Assembly (NCBI GenBank): GCA_951406725.2
Contig: OX597821.1
Coordinates: forward strand, 102,486,001-102,550,000
Length of the DNA: 64,000 nucleotides
Source: Octopus vulgaris
Lineage: Eukaryota
Direction: 5' to 3'
In this document: positions 1-14,249 of the stretch, one piece after another
How the letters are laid out: each line of letters opens with the position of its first letter
Numbering within the stretch: the first letter of the stretch is position 1
The notes under the pieces: generated by a model
The model's database searches: none
The model's input: the letters and a program-made list of their open reading frames with translations, nothing else
Told to the model about the DNA's origin: nothing
Made by a program: the position numbers and the translations under genes

Positions 1-594
1 TAGGAAGGGCATCCATCTGTAGAAACGTTGTCAGATCAGATTGGAGCCTGGTACAGCCTCCTGGCTTGCCAGTCTTCTGTCAAATTGTCCAACCCATGCC
101 AGCATGGAAAGTGGATGTTAAATGATGATGATGATGTTCTTGACTGGGATCCATATGACCCCAAGGGGTCCATATAGCATTTTTGGGGGTCCATGCTAGC
201 AAAATATTAAATTGAGGATCTGCAGTAGTATATTAAGCCTCCATAAAACAATTTTGCTTTAGATGTGTTTATTGGAAGAAACAGCTAAATTTCTTTCTCA
301 AACGTTTTACAAAGTTCAACCTACAGAAGTTGAATAACAAAATTGGAATCACAAAAGATGTATCTATAGAACTTGCTTTTAAATGTCAAATGGCTATGGG
401 GGTCCACTGGAATAGAATGGTAATTAATCAAAGAGGTCCATAGATAAAAAAAATGGTTGAGAATCACTGATTTGATCCTTTCATGACTATGTTTCTAACA
501 AATAGGTTGCTTAAGTGCATCATTAATTGGCAATATAAACTCAGTTGTTTTTTTTTTTTGGTGTCAATGGACTGAAATCTTTCTTATTGTCATA

Positions 595-1881
595 CGAGGG
601 GCGTTCAATAAGTAATGCCCCTGACCCACTTCCCATACCAGTAGAGCAACGGAACTTGGCACAGTTATTGGTCTTTTTCTACATAGGAACCACTCAGAGT
701 TACGCATTTCTCCCATCGTTTGATCCAGCTCTGGAGACCGTTTTTGTAAAAGACCCCAGCTTGGTCCTCCATCCACGACATGACTTTAGAAATCAAGGCT
801 GCATCATCTGGGAAATGCTTTCCTTTCAAAAACAACTTCATGGCTGGGAAGAGGTGAAAATCAGAGGGTGCAAGGTCAGGAGAGTAGGGGAGGGGAGTTC
901 ATAGCCGCACGCCTGTGCTTCTGATCTGGCGACACGCGAGTTGTGGACCGGAGCATTGTCCTGCAGGAGGAGGATGCCTTCGCTGATCTTGCCCAGCCTC
1001 TTGATTTTGATAGCTTCTCTTAATTTCCTCAAAAGTGAAGCCATAATAGGCTCCTGTAATTGTGGTACCCTTTGCCAGGAAATCTGTCATCACTACTCCG
1101 TCCTGGTCCCAGAAGACTGTGAGCATGACCTTGCCAGCAGAGGGCTGCACCCTTGCCTTCTTTGGAGGAGGTGAGTCACGGTGCTTCCACTGCATTGACT
1201 GGGCTTTGGTCTCTGGATCATAGTGATGGACCCAGGTTTCATCCTGTGTAATCAGTCTTTTGAAAAAGTTTGACTCATCTTCTTGGTACGTCTCCAAATT
1301 CATCCTCGAGCACTCGACGCGTTCTTGCTTCTGGAAAGGTGTGAGCAACCTGGGAATCCATCTGGCAGACACCTTTTGCATATGCAAATGGTCATGAATG
1401 ATAGTTTCCACTGACCCGGTACTAATCTTGACCTCATGGGCTATTTGGCGAATAGTTATGCGTCGATCTTCCAAAATGGCAGCCTCAACTTGACGGACAG
1501 ATGCCTCATCAATGGCAGAAGGGGGTCGACCAGATCTGGGAGCTGTTTCCACAGAGTTCCGACCATGTTTGAATTCACGATGCCAGCGTTTTACAAGATC
1601 ATATGGTGGGGCATCATCACCATAAGTTACTTTCATTTCATCAAAAGTCTCCCATGGTGTGCATCCTTTCAAATACAAAAACCGGATCACTGCTCGACAC
1701 TCAACAGGCTCCATTTCACACTTGACTCAGTTCAAACACCTGTAAATCAGAAACCATAATTAGTTCAGAGCTGTAATTTGCCACCTAATCTATAGAGATA
1801 TAAGTAATTGCACATGCAAAATTTCAACTAGATCAAACACCTGGAAGTGGGTCAGAGGCATTACTTATTGAACGTCCCTCG
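595..1881 (-). mobile_element. Full-length mariner (DD34D-type) transposon, transposase frameshifted
   Basis: 39-bp TIRs (cgagggg/acgttcaataagtaatgcc(c/t)ctgacccacttcc, 2 mismatches) and TA flanks; 1287 bp; transposase 1714->665 in three frames with WIPRLL, TQDETW, LLQDNAPVH and YSPDLAPSDF motifs. Confidence 0.95.
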
Positions 1882-4013
1882 TATAAAGACTTTAATACAG
1901 GCAGTCTTAGGCAGTGGCACCACCACTACCTTTATTTTCACTTTACCAACCTCAATTAACAAATGTGTGTATGTATATGTGCTTGAGTGTGTATATGTGT
2001 GCATGTGTGTTGGAATGAATGGTATTCACTAACCTACCTTCCGCAAAATTTCAGGCTTTGTGCTTCTAGGAAAAAAAAAAGTGTTACAGCTAGAATCCCT
2101 CTGATCATAGGGTCTGCTCGAATAAGGCTGGCCTGGGGCTAAACAACAACAACATTAAAAAGGATAAAGAAGTTATGTGAGCCATCCTTTAATGTTATTT
2201 GCAATTTGTTGTTTCTTGTATATTATGCCCCAATTCTGGATTGTGCATACATATAATTTCTGTTGGGAAGCTGTGAATTTACCAGAAATTTACCAGGAAA
2301 AGTGCCAATGAAAGATCATTGCCTTGCCTGCCTTAATTTCTCCACAAGTTGAGTAATTGTGTCATTCACCTAACATGCTGCCATAAACCTGTGCAATAAA
2401 ATTGAAAATTATAATTGGATGTATAAATTCTTGTAGTTTATTTGAAATGCTTTTCACATAAAATACATGGTCTGTAGATGTGTGTGAGTTGATGTATAAG
2501 TTTGCATTTGTGTGCAGTCGCATGTGTCTGTTATATGTATTTTAAATGTACATGTGTGTATAATTGAAAACCTTTGCTATTTATGTAGACTTTGTCATCA
2601 ATCATCATTATGTTACATCTGTTTATTTCTGTGCTGTCATGTGTTGGTTCGACAATCCTGTTCTCCATCATTTTGCACATACAACAACAACAGAGAAAAA
2701 CCTACTGACTTTGATGGTGTATATATATGTTAGTTCTGAAAGACATTCGGTATTAAAACATGTGTTTTAAACATTTCATATGTAAAAATTAACTAAATTT
2801 TCTGGCCAATTAAACTCAAGGAAATGGAGATGTACAGCAGGCAGGCATTTAACAAATAATGCAAGCTTATTTTAATTGGGGATATTCTTGTTAATTCTTC
2901 ATATAACTCTGTGTTTTATTTATATATATTTTTTTAATGTTTACTGTGGTTGCATTTGGTTTAGATTTCATATTAAAACGTAACCCTTTAATTATTCACA
3001 CACCCATAACTTCTGCATGTTAATGATGTGATTGTATACTTTCAAAGTGATATTGAAGGGTAGGTGTGAGAGGCCAGATCTGGATGTTTTAAACATAAAA
3101 TGGGCAGAATAGTTTGGCTAGATATGGTTGGTTTAAATGCTAAAGAGTTAGAGGATTGGAATCAATAATGACAATTTGACTACAAGACACTGCCTCAAAA
3201 AGTCTTGATCATCCCATACCAGCATGAGGTAGGAGATAAAACAATAAGGATGATGTTGATTAATATGTTATTTGGTGGGTAAGCTGTGAGTTATGTAGAA
3301 AAATGAAATCACTTATATTAAAAAAAAAAATTGATCTACAGTAAATAATGTATTTGCACACATTTATAGAGGATCAATTTCTTGTGCATATTGATGACTG
3401 TAATAGTGCAAAGTGCATGGACATGTTGTTTAGTTTCAGGTTAACCCTAACTAAGCAGGCAAATAATTAAAGATTTTCATTTGTGTGCAGTCACGTGTCT
3501 GTTGTTGTCGTCGTCGCCACCGCCGCAGCCTGTGAAGGTGGAGGTATTGTCTTCAGTTGTGTTTGTTAGTTTGTTTGTCTGCGGACAAGATATTTCAAGA
3601 ACCGCTGGATGGATTCGGATGAAACTTTGAGGGATGTTTGACCTTGTGACTGGCACAAACTGATTAGATTTTGTGATCGATCCAGTACCAGACAAAGATT
3701 CTGGATTATTTTTCCTGTTTTCTTTTTACTTAATTTGTTTTGAGAGCAGTCGGGTTCATCTTTAGTATTCTCAGTTGTGAGAATCATCGAGTTTATTTCG
3801 GATATTCTCATTTTAAAAATCATCTCCAGCTAATCGTTGAGAGGACATTGGTGTTGCCATGGCAGAGATTTGCACTTTTTGAGTGCTCTTGTTATTATTA
3901 TTAATATTATTTAAATTTTTTTCTTAATGTAATCCCTTTGTGGTTAATAAAGGAATCATCATTATTATCATTATTGTTAATATTTCTATTTTCTTTTCTC
4001 TTCCCTACAACAG

Positions 4014-4128
4014 GTGGTACTTCGCCATATTGTCCATGTCAGGAATATTTGCTGTCACCTTTAGTGTTGTCTTTGCTTATGTTGCTGATGTTACTTCTGA
4101 GGAAGAGCGAAGTGTTGCTTATGGACTG
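4014..4128 (+). CDS. MFSD14: MFSD14/HIAT1-family MFS transporter, internal coding exon (first visible; earlier exons are upstream of the window)
   Basis: Polypyrimidine tract + cAG acceptor (4011-4013) and GTGAGT donor at 4129; encodes WYFAILSMSGIFAVTFSVVFAYVADVTSEEERSVAYGL, recognisable as HIAT1/MFSD14. Confidence 0.93.
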
Positions 4129-7100
4129 GTGAGTACATTATTATTATTATTATTATTATAATAATTTTATTATTGAGTGAGAGAGTAGTGCATGCCATCA
4201 AACTGACACTAGGGTAAAATAAACGAAGCCCAGTATACCCATCATGACTACCCGTCTGATGAGGGTACACTAGGCACATGCATCACAAACATGTGCGCGA
4301 CATGGTGATCTCATATCAAGATAAACAGCACATGACCTTGCAGGTGGGGCCCAGTTAGAATTTTCTTCAGGTCAAGTAACCCATCCCGCTCAAAAGGTCC
4401 TTGAATAAGGGTTGTTTAAGGATGTTGAACGAACCACCCATGTTTCCAAAGGTGAATTATCCAAACTCCAAAGAGTTCCTTTCAACACATGGCTATGATG
4501 CTCCCCCACTACTTCTGCTTGTGATCAGAGATGCACATATCGTCAGCCACTACGTGACATGCTCAACTGGGTAAGGTCAAACAACTGACAAGCAAATCTG
4601 TGGTATTGTAGCCCATCTTTTATACCAAGACAAAACACTGTACATGATAATACTTCCAATCAGTTAAGATCAGAAGCCATGAGAGCCACTGCCTGGTACT
4701 GCATCAGAGCATTTATCATCATCATCATCATCATCTTCACCATCATCAAAGAAGGTGGTGAGCAGGCTGAATTGTTAATATGCTGGGTAAGATGCCTAGG
4801 GGTAGTTCGTCTGTCTTTGTGTTCTGAGCTCAAATGTTGCCTTTCATCCTTTCGGAGGTCGATTAAATAAGCACCAGTTGAGTACTGGAGATATAATCGA
4901 CTTATCCCTTCACCTGAATTTGCTGGTCTTGTGCCAAAATTTGAAGCCATTATCATTATTATCATTATCATTATTAATTTTAAGGCGGTGAGCTGGCAGG
5001 ATCATTAGCATGACAGATGAAATGCTTAGTAGTATTTCGCCTGTCACTACTTTCTGAGGTGGACTTTACCTTTCATCCTTTTGGTGGGGTTTGATTAAAT
5101 AAATACCAGTTATGCACTGGGGTTAGCACTCCGGGCAAAATGCTTAGTGGCATCCTATCTGTCTTTACATGGACTCTGATGTCGTTTGGCGACGAATGAG
5201 GGTTCAACACTTTCTTGCCGAACAACCACACAGATGATTTGTTTATAGTGGTCAAATGTTTATGTAGACATAAGCACACTCTCTCCATCAAATCAATGTT
5301 ACCTATACAGGTGCAACTGGGTGCCACATGTCAGATGTTGGAATGATTGTGGAGTAACCTGAAATGAAGTGCTTTGCTCAAGAACACAACGCAACCCCTG
5401 GTCTGGGAATCAAACCCATGATCTCGCAATCGTGAGTGCAACATCCTAACCACTAAGCCATGCGCCTGTATGTATGTATGTATGTATGTATATATGTATG
5501 TATATATCTATGTATGTATGTATGTATGTAGTACCTGTCTGTCTATATATATGTACATACATATATATCTGTCTGTATGTATGTATGTACAAATGTACAT
5601 AACTATGTATGTATATATATATTGAGTCAAGTAAAATCAAAAATCAAATCACAATCAAATGGAAACTTGTAGTTGTGACACACAATAAGCTACATTCATG
5701 TGTGAGTTGTTGCCAGCGCCGCCTGACTGACTCCCCATGCTGGTGGCATGTAAACAGCACTGTCCGAACATGGTCAATGCCAGTGCCGCCTGACTGGCTC
5801 CTATGCTGGTGGCACATGAAAAACACCCACTACATTCTTGAACTCGTTGGCGTTAAGAAGGGCATCCAGTTGTAGAAACACAGCCTGATCAGATTGGAGC
5901 CTGGTAGAGCCTCCTGGCTTGCCAGTCCCCAGTGAAACTATCCAACCCATGCCAGCAGGGAAAACGGATGTTAAACGATGATAATGATGATGAGGAGATA
6001 TATATATATATATATTATTTTTAATTGGCAGAATTTAACTAACTGAAGAGCTGAGAGATTTATCAAGTGGCATATATAAAATTCTTAGCCCCTGAGTCAT
6101 TTTGTAATTTCAAATTAAAAATAAAGGAAATATGTGTGTGTGTGTGTGTGTCTGTGTATAAAAAAATCTGCCAAAATGTATGAGATATAAATGTACGAAT
6201 CATCGTTTTGCTGCATACGGTGCAAGTAACAATTTTATGTCTGTCTATTCTATCTATCTCTGTGTCTGTCTATGTATGTTCATACATATATACCTGTCTG
6301 TCTGTATGTATAAACCTGTCTGCATGTACATACATACAGATATGACTATGTATTTGTGTACGAACATGTCTGTCTGTATGTATGTATGTATCTATCTATC
6401 AGTATTTATATATGTATTTTTCCATCTATCAGTATGTATATATCTATTTATATATCTATCAGTATGTATTAGTATGTATGTATCTTTCTGTCTATCTGTC
6501 TACATTTGTGTGTGCATGTATAAACACGCACACACACACAAATTGTCTACCAAGTTCGCTTATACGACATTGATTGGACAGGACCTACAAGGTGTATAGT
6601 GGGACTGAACCCCAAAACCGCTTGGTTGCAATGTGAACTTCTTAAATGCATGGTATATGTAGCTGGGTGGAAGTCTGAACGTATCGCATTTATGACATTC
6701 GTTAATGCTTTGCCATGTGAAGATCGGAAGCAAGGATGCAGTGGGTGTACTTTACGCAGTTGTGGAAACCAGTGTCTGTGTGAATCAGGGCAATTATGGG
6801 AAAATAGTGTGTATGGACAAGTGGGCAGGGGAGCAAGAGGTATAGAGGTATAGTGAGGGCACACGTGCATGCACACACGTACACACACACACAAAGTAAA
6901 GAGAAAGAGATTACATAAATATAAGGCAGGTAAATATAGACTAAACAGAGGCTGTGGGTGTGGGAACCGCAAATCACAGAAGGAGGGGCAGTGGGAGAGG
7001 AGGTGTTAACAGAAGGGTCTGAAGTGGTGTTGTTGGTGGTGGTGATTGGGTTAAGTAAGAAATATTTACTTGCAGAGGGAGAGGGTTAGCAATAAAAGCT

Positions 7101-7864
7101 ATAGGTATCTAAGTGAGAAAAAAGGAAATGAATTGAAGAGAAGATTTGTTTTTTTTTAAATAGGATTTTAACGGGTTGTATGTGTGTGTGTGTGTGCATA
7201 TGTATATGTATTTATGTTTGTTTCTTATTGTTATTTGTGAAAACAATTTAACGTTAAACTGAAAATTACTCAATACCTTTTAGTAAAGTACGTGTTTCTT
7301 AGACATTTATATAAGAAAAGAGAAGACAGTGACTTCGAAGTTTTGGCCTGCTAGTCTTCATTAGACTGTGTGTGTGTATGTATACACACACACACACACA
7401 GCTCAAAGAATAACCTTGCTGTTTGATGGCATATGGTAGCCAATATAGAAACTTTTAAATGCACCTTATGAGGTTATTATCCAGATAATATTGAATATAT
7501 GTATATATTGAGTGAGAGGGCAGCACATGCCATCAAAGTAATGATGGGGTACAAATATATATAGCCCAATATACCCATCATGACTACCCATCTGATAAGG
7601 ATATGTCCGGCACAAGCAAATCTGTGGTATCAAGCAGAATATTTGCTCTAGCCCATCTTTTACATGACGGCAAAAACATGTACATGATAGCAATTCCAAT
7701 CAGTTAAGATCAGAAGCTATGAGAGCCACTACCTGGCATTGCGTCAGGGTGGCGGCAGCCCCCCCCCCATGTTAGGTTCCTAGTTTAGCTCTTTGAATCT
7801 TGTTTAGTGTTAAATCGACCCAAGATCATTGGCATTCCAGCTGTGACCACTCTTTTATATTTAA

Positions 7865-8085
7865 CCCTTTAGTGTTCGCATTATTCTACCAAAATTAAGG
7901 CATTTTCATCCACATTGTTTTGAATTAATCATGCATTATCTTGTAGCTATGAGATTTTGATGAGGTAGCTGTTAATTTTTAAAACGATATTGTAGGGTTG
8001 GTGTGAGAGACCAGATATGGCCAGTTTGAACATAAAACAAGCAGAATACTTTTGGCCGGATATGGCCGGTTTAAATGCTAAAGGG
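7865..8085. mobile_element. piggyBac-type MITE; inverted copy at 12636-12856, diverged copies at ~2983-3150, 11115-11713 (SINE-interrupted), 12948-13172
   Basis: TTAA flanks with CCCTTTAG...CTAAAGGG termini. Confidence 0.85.
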
Positions 8086-8998
8086 TTAAGACATTAGAGG
8101 TATCATTTGATGGCTATATGGCTTCTACTTTTAGCAGATTGAAGAAACCACATAGAGGTATCCTTGTTGCAAAGTATTTTCTGGTATTAACTAACAGGTT
8201 TTCCCAGAGATCTTCATTTTTATTTTTGTTATACACATTTTCAATCACACCAGGTACTTAATCTCACTTTTGCTCTCTCACACCCACGCATTTACCAATC
8301 TGTATGTACATATTAATGTACTTTACATGGCCTTCTTAACAATGTGTGTGCTTCCTACTTGGTTAGCAGTCACTACTTTCTCCTGCTTTTCCTCTTCTTA
8401 TGTTCTCATCCACTTTGTCTTGTGAGTATGGATGTGTATATATACACGTATGTGATTATATACAAGTACATGTAAGGTGGCAAGCTGGCAGAAATGTTAG
8501 CATGCAGGGCGAAATGCTTAGTGGTATTTCATTTGTCTTTACGTTCTGAGTTCAAATTCCACTGAGGTCATCTTTGCTTTTCATCCTTCCGGGGTTGATA
8601 AACTAAGTACCAGTTGACTGGCCCTCTCCCCAAAAATGTTGGGCCTTGTGCCCAGAGTAGAAAAGTATATATGAATACATGTATATGTGTATGCATGCAT
8701 GTTGTGTATGTGTGTGTGTGTGTGGGTTTATGTATATGTGAATGTTTTTATGTTGTGTGTGTGTGTGCACACGTGATGTTTCTATGTGTGTACAGATTTG
8801 TGTATATACATGTATGTGAATGTGTTCATATGTATGCATGTGTGTGTTGTAGATCTGTGCATGTGTATGTGAGTTTGTGTATGTACACATATGTGAATGT
8901 TAGTGTGTTTCTGTGTTTATATGTATACATATATGTATTCATGCATGTGTATGTGTGCAAATTGTATTTCTATGTGTGTATATGCTGTGTGTGTGTGA

Positions 8999-9033
<35 letters not shown>

Positions 9034-11407
9034 CATATATATATAATCTGTTATAATAATCCGTAATAATTTTTATCTGTAACAGACAGATTGAGGAAGT
9101 ATTTTAACTTTTTAGTTTCATATCCTTGTCAGCCAATTTAATTATTTTAATCATAAGTGTGATATCCAGATTATCTTTACTTGATAATCATTAAGACATC
9201 TAATTCCTCAAAAGCCCTGTATTTGAGATGGAGTTTTGGTAGCACTGGGAATTTATCTAGAATATAACTCTATTTTATGTATAACCAGGCATTTCCCTTA
9301 AGCCTACTGATAATGTTTTGGATTCCAGCCACTCCTTCAGGATATAGTTCTTCATTTTTATGTAACAAGAGTCAATGAAATTGTCTCGTATTTGCTGGAG
9401 TAATTAGCAAATTAGGTGCAGGAGTGGCTGTGTGGTAAGAAGCTTACTTCCCAACTACATGGTTCCAGGTTCAGTTCCACTGCGTGGTAAGTGTTTTCTA
9501 CTATAGCCTTGGGCTGACCAAAGCCTTGTGAATGGATTTGGTAGACGGAAACTGAAAGAAGCCTGTCATATATATCTGTGTGTGTGTGTGTGTGTATATT
9601 TGTGTGTCTATATTTATCCCTCTCTACCAATGCTTGACACTGATGTTGGTGTGTTTATATCCCCGTAACTTAGCGGTTCAGCAGAAGACACCAATAGAAT
9701 ACGTACTAGGCTTACAAAGAATAAGTCCTGGGGTCGATTTCTTCGACTAAAGGCAGTGCTCCAGCATGGCCGCACTCAAATGACTGAAACCAGTAAAAGA
9801 AAAAAAAATAAAAGATTAAAGTTTACATGAGATTATAAACCCCCCCCCCCGCCCAAATCTCAAGATAGGAGCAGATGTGGCTATGTGGGAAAAAGCTTGC
9901 TTCTCAGCCACATGGTTCCAGGTTCAGTCTCACTGCATGGCACTTAGGGGCAAGTATCTTATATATGTGTACATGCAAACAGAAAGAAAGCAAAGGCTGA
10001 AGACTTTCATATGATGAATATTTAAGTATAAATATATCATCATCATCGTTTAGCGTCCGCTTTCCATGCTAGCATGGGTTGGACGGTTCAACTGGGGTCT
10101 GGGAAGCCAGAAGGCTGCACCAGGCCCAGTCTGATCTGGCAATGTTTCGACGGCTGGATGCCCTTCCTAACGCCAATCACTCCATGAGTGTAGTGGGTGC
10201 TTTTTACGTGCCACGATCAGATGGTGCTTTTTACGTGCAGATCAGACAGTACACTCAACAGAGAAATTGTCAGAATTTAGACAGCCCTGCCCAGTCATCT
10301 CCTTCTGCCAAAGGGGAAGATGTAAGGTGTTATAAATCCAACAACTGTTTCTGGGGGCTCAGCGATCCATCATAATCTTGGTGGATGTAGTTTTACCATT
10401 ATATGCAGGCTGTAATGGAAGCAAATAAACATTGGATAATTCAAGCCTCCGTCATCATGGTCGAAAGAAAATCTTACATTTCGGATTATGATGCGGAGAA
10501 GTTTAAAGGTGGATTCCACAGTTAAACTTTTCTGCATCATGATCTGAAATGTAAGAGTGACACTCAATTAGCAGGCATTCACCCACCAGTATTCTGGAGC
10601 CAGTAATACTCAGACATACATGCTGTCTTCTATCCTTATCTATGCGTTCTCCTTTCCTTCTCTCAGCATTCCACACTATGGGTATGAGACGTTTTGGCAC
10701 AGCTGTATTGGCACCATCTATTTGACATTACTGACTTGACAGTGATTTATTTGACATCAGGTGTTTTAAGGCTTCTCTTGTTCTCTCTCTGTGAATGTGT
10801 AGTTAGGTTTGTATGCATGTCTCATTTTCCTTCTCACTCTATACTTGTATATTTCTATGTGCATGTGCCTGTGTATATATATATATATATATGTACTTTC
10901 CTCCACTGCCAGCACAAACTGTCACCAAAACAGCTTAAATGTCAGAATCTAGACAGCCCTGCCCAGCCATCTCATTCTGCCATACTGTGTATCTCTCATT
11001 CCACTTCCCAGGGATTCTTGAGTGTTGCAACTTTAGAAACATCAAACTACAATTGATATCAAACTAAATATCATCCACATTGACACCTCACCAATACAAA
11101 AGCTATGGACTCTAACCCTTTAGCATTGAGATTATTCTATCAAATATAATTATTTATTCACATGGTTTTGAATTAATCCTGCATTATCTTGTAGCTTCAA
11201 GATTTCAATGATGTATTTACTCATTTTACTGGTTTCAGTCATTTGACTGTGGCCATGCTGGAGCACCAGCTTTAGTCAAGCAAATCGACCCCAGGATTAT
11301 TCTTTGTAAGCCTTAGTACTTATTCTGTCGGTCTCTTTTGCCGAACCGCTAAGTTACGGGGACGTAAACACACCAGCATCGGTTGTCAAGTGATGTTGGG
11401 GGGACAA

Positions 11408-11439
<32 letters not shown>

Positions 11440-14030
11440 GACGGGCTTCTTTTCAGTTTCTGTCTACCAAATCCACTCACAAGGCTTTGGTCGGCCCGAG
11501 GCTATAGTAGAAGACACTTGCCCAAGGTGCCACACAGTGGGACTGAACCCGGAACCATGTGGTTGGTAAGCAGGCTACTTACCACACAGCCACATATTTG
11601 TATATTTTTAGAATGACAGTGTAGGTAGGTATGAAAGGCTGGATCAGGCCTATCTGAATATAAAGTAGGTAAAATATTTGGCCCGGATATGGCCTGTTTA
11701 CATGCTAAAGAGTTAACTGGTTTCTGTCATTAGGACTGTGGTTATACTGGGGTATTGTATTTCAAATGTTTTAGTCCATCATACCGACGACACTATTTAT
11801 TTCAAGCTAGTACTTATCTCTGTCTCCCTATTTAATAACACAAAAGTGTTAAAATTCATCTTTAATATATTTTACGACAATTCATCATCATCATGATCAT
11901 CACCATCATCATTTAACGTCCACTTTCCGTGCTGGTGTAAGTTGGATGGTTTGACTGAGGATTGGCGAGCTGGGAGGCTGCACCAGGCTCCAATCCGATT
12001 TGGCAAAGTTTCTACAGCTGGGTACCTTTCCTAATGCCAACCACTCCGTAAGTGTAGTGAGTGCTTTTTATGTGCCACCAGCAGGCGGCACTTGCATCGT
12101 CCACATTCAAATGGTGCTTTTTACATGCCGCCGACACACAGGAGCCAGTCAGGTGGCACTGGCATTGGCTACACTCAAATGGCACTTTTTACGTGCCACC
12201 GGCACCTCATGAAATAATTAAAAAAAAGGTCGGTGTAGTAGCTTTATGTTATTAAACAGCTAGAATAACACTGTCATGCTGTAATTGCTTTAGTCTCAAC
12301 ATGTGGTCTCGCACCAAGTTCACTTATGGAACCAGTGCGATTCTGAAACTTAATTTTATTGATGTATATTTATTGATTGGCTAAGTTATGTTACTGATGT
12401 AACACCTGTTGAATTTTTTTTTGATGACTGTGTTTATGTCAACATGTACACACAAATATAAATACAAGCATTGCATGCATGTGTATGTGTGTGGGTGTGT
12501 ATGAATGAGTTTTCAGCTGCCATATTTCACTCTCAAAGTATTATTCAACCTGAGGCCATAATAGATTCTTACCTGAGGTGCCACACAGTGAGATCAGACC
12601 TGAAAAACCTGTATTGCCTTTTACTTTTTACTTAACCCTTTAGCATTTAAACCGGCCATATCTGGCCAAAAGTATTCTGCCTGTTTTCTGTCCAAACTGG
12701 CCAGATCTGGTCTCTCACACCAACCCTACAATATCATTTTAAAAATTAACAGCTAGCTCATCAAAATTTCATAGCTACAAGATAATGCATGATTAATTCA
12801 AAACAATGTGGATGAAGAAGCATTGATTTTGGCAGAATAATGCGAACACTAAAGGGTTAAGTTAATTGGATTGTGGCTATGCTGGAGCACTGCCTTGTAG
12901 ATTTTCTTTTTAATTTCGTCAAACAGATTGATCTCTTTGTTTGTTAACCCTGTAGCATTCAAATTACTCAGTCAAATGTAATGTTTATTTAATCACAAGG
13001 TGTTGAATTAATCATGCATTATCTCATAACTTTGAGATTTCACTGATGTGATTGTTTATTTTTTGGGGGGATGACATTATAGGGTAGGTGTGAGAGGCTG
13101 GATCTAATCATATTGAATATAAAACAAGTAGAATATTTGAACTTGGTGTGACCAGTTTAAATGCTAAATGGTTAAAGTATGGTGCTTATTCTATCGGTTT
13201 CTTTTGTTGAACTGCTAAGTTACAAAATCTAACCAAACTAACACCGGTTGTTAAATGGTAGGACAGAGGACAATCACAGACACGAAGACACAAATTCATA
13301 CACATCTGCTAGGCTTCCATACAGTTTCCATCAACCAGATTTACTAAGAAGGCATTGGTCAGTTCCAGGCTATTATAAAGGACACTTTGCCCCAGTGAAT
13401 GTCTTTACTGCACAGCGACTGCTGCACCACAGCAATGATAATAACAACTTGAAAATTCTATCACTGCTTCGACGATAATGATGATAATATCTGTTTCTTT
13501 GTTGCCCAAAGGGGGCTAAACATAGAGGGGACAAACAAGGACAGACAAAGGGATTAAGTCGATTACATCAACCCCAGTGCATAACTGGTACTTATTTAAT
13601 CCACCCTGAAAGAATGAAAGGCAAAGTTGAACAAAATGATGATAATATTAATAATGAGACTGAAACCTTTGGCATTATGTCGTGCTTGAGAAGATCCATT
13701 AAGCTGAACAAAATCGCAGTCGTGGCAGATATCGGTGTCATACAAATGCCACCTGTGTTGGTAGCATGTAAAAGCATCCATACTCTTCCTTCTCCTCTTC
13801 CTCTCCCTCTTCCTCCTTTTTCTCTGCATTCTTTCCGACTTCATTCTTTCCCTCCTCCGCCTTTTCCTCTTCTCTCTTTTCCTCGTCTTTCTTCCCCTTT
13901 CTATTTTCATTCTTTCCTGCTTCCTTCTTTCCTTCCTCCTCGTCTTCTAGTTTTTGATCTTGCTTCTTGTATGAGAAATTATTACTTGTTTTTAAAATGC
14001 ATATTCTCTTTCTTTCTTTCTCCTCTGCAG

Positions 14031-14249
14031 GTATCAGCTACTTTTGCTGCCAGTTTAGTCACAAGTCCGGCCATTGGGGCATATTTGGAGCGGCTGTACA
14101 GTGATACTCTAGTGATTTGGCTAGCGACGGCTGTAGCCGTGCTCGATATTTTGTTCATATTAGTTGCTGTCCCAGAATCCTTACCTGAAAAGTTACGCCC
14201 TGCCAGCTGGGGATCACAGATTTCATGGGACAAAGCCGATCCCTTTGGT
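14031..14249 (+). CDS. MFSD14: MFSD14/HIAT1 coding exon
   Basis: ctgcAG acceptor, GTAATT donor at 14250; 219 nt, phase 0/0; VSATFAASLVTSPAIGAYL...VAVPESLPEKLRPASWGSQISWDKADPFG. Confidence 0.95.

Noticed and set aside
4250-4275. CTGATGA in the 550-bp repeat as a ribozyme core
   Set aside because: The other two copies read CTGATAA and no stem II-GAAA follows.
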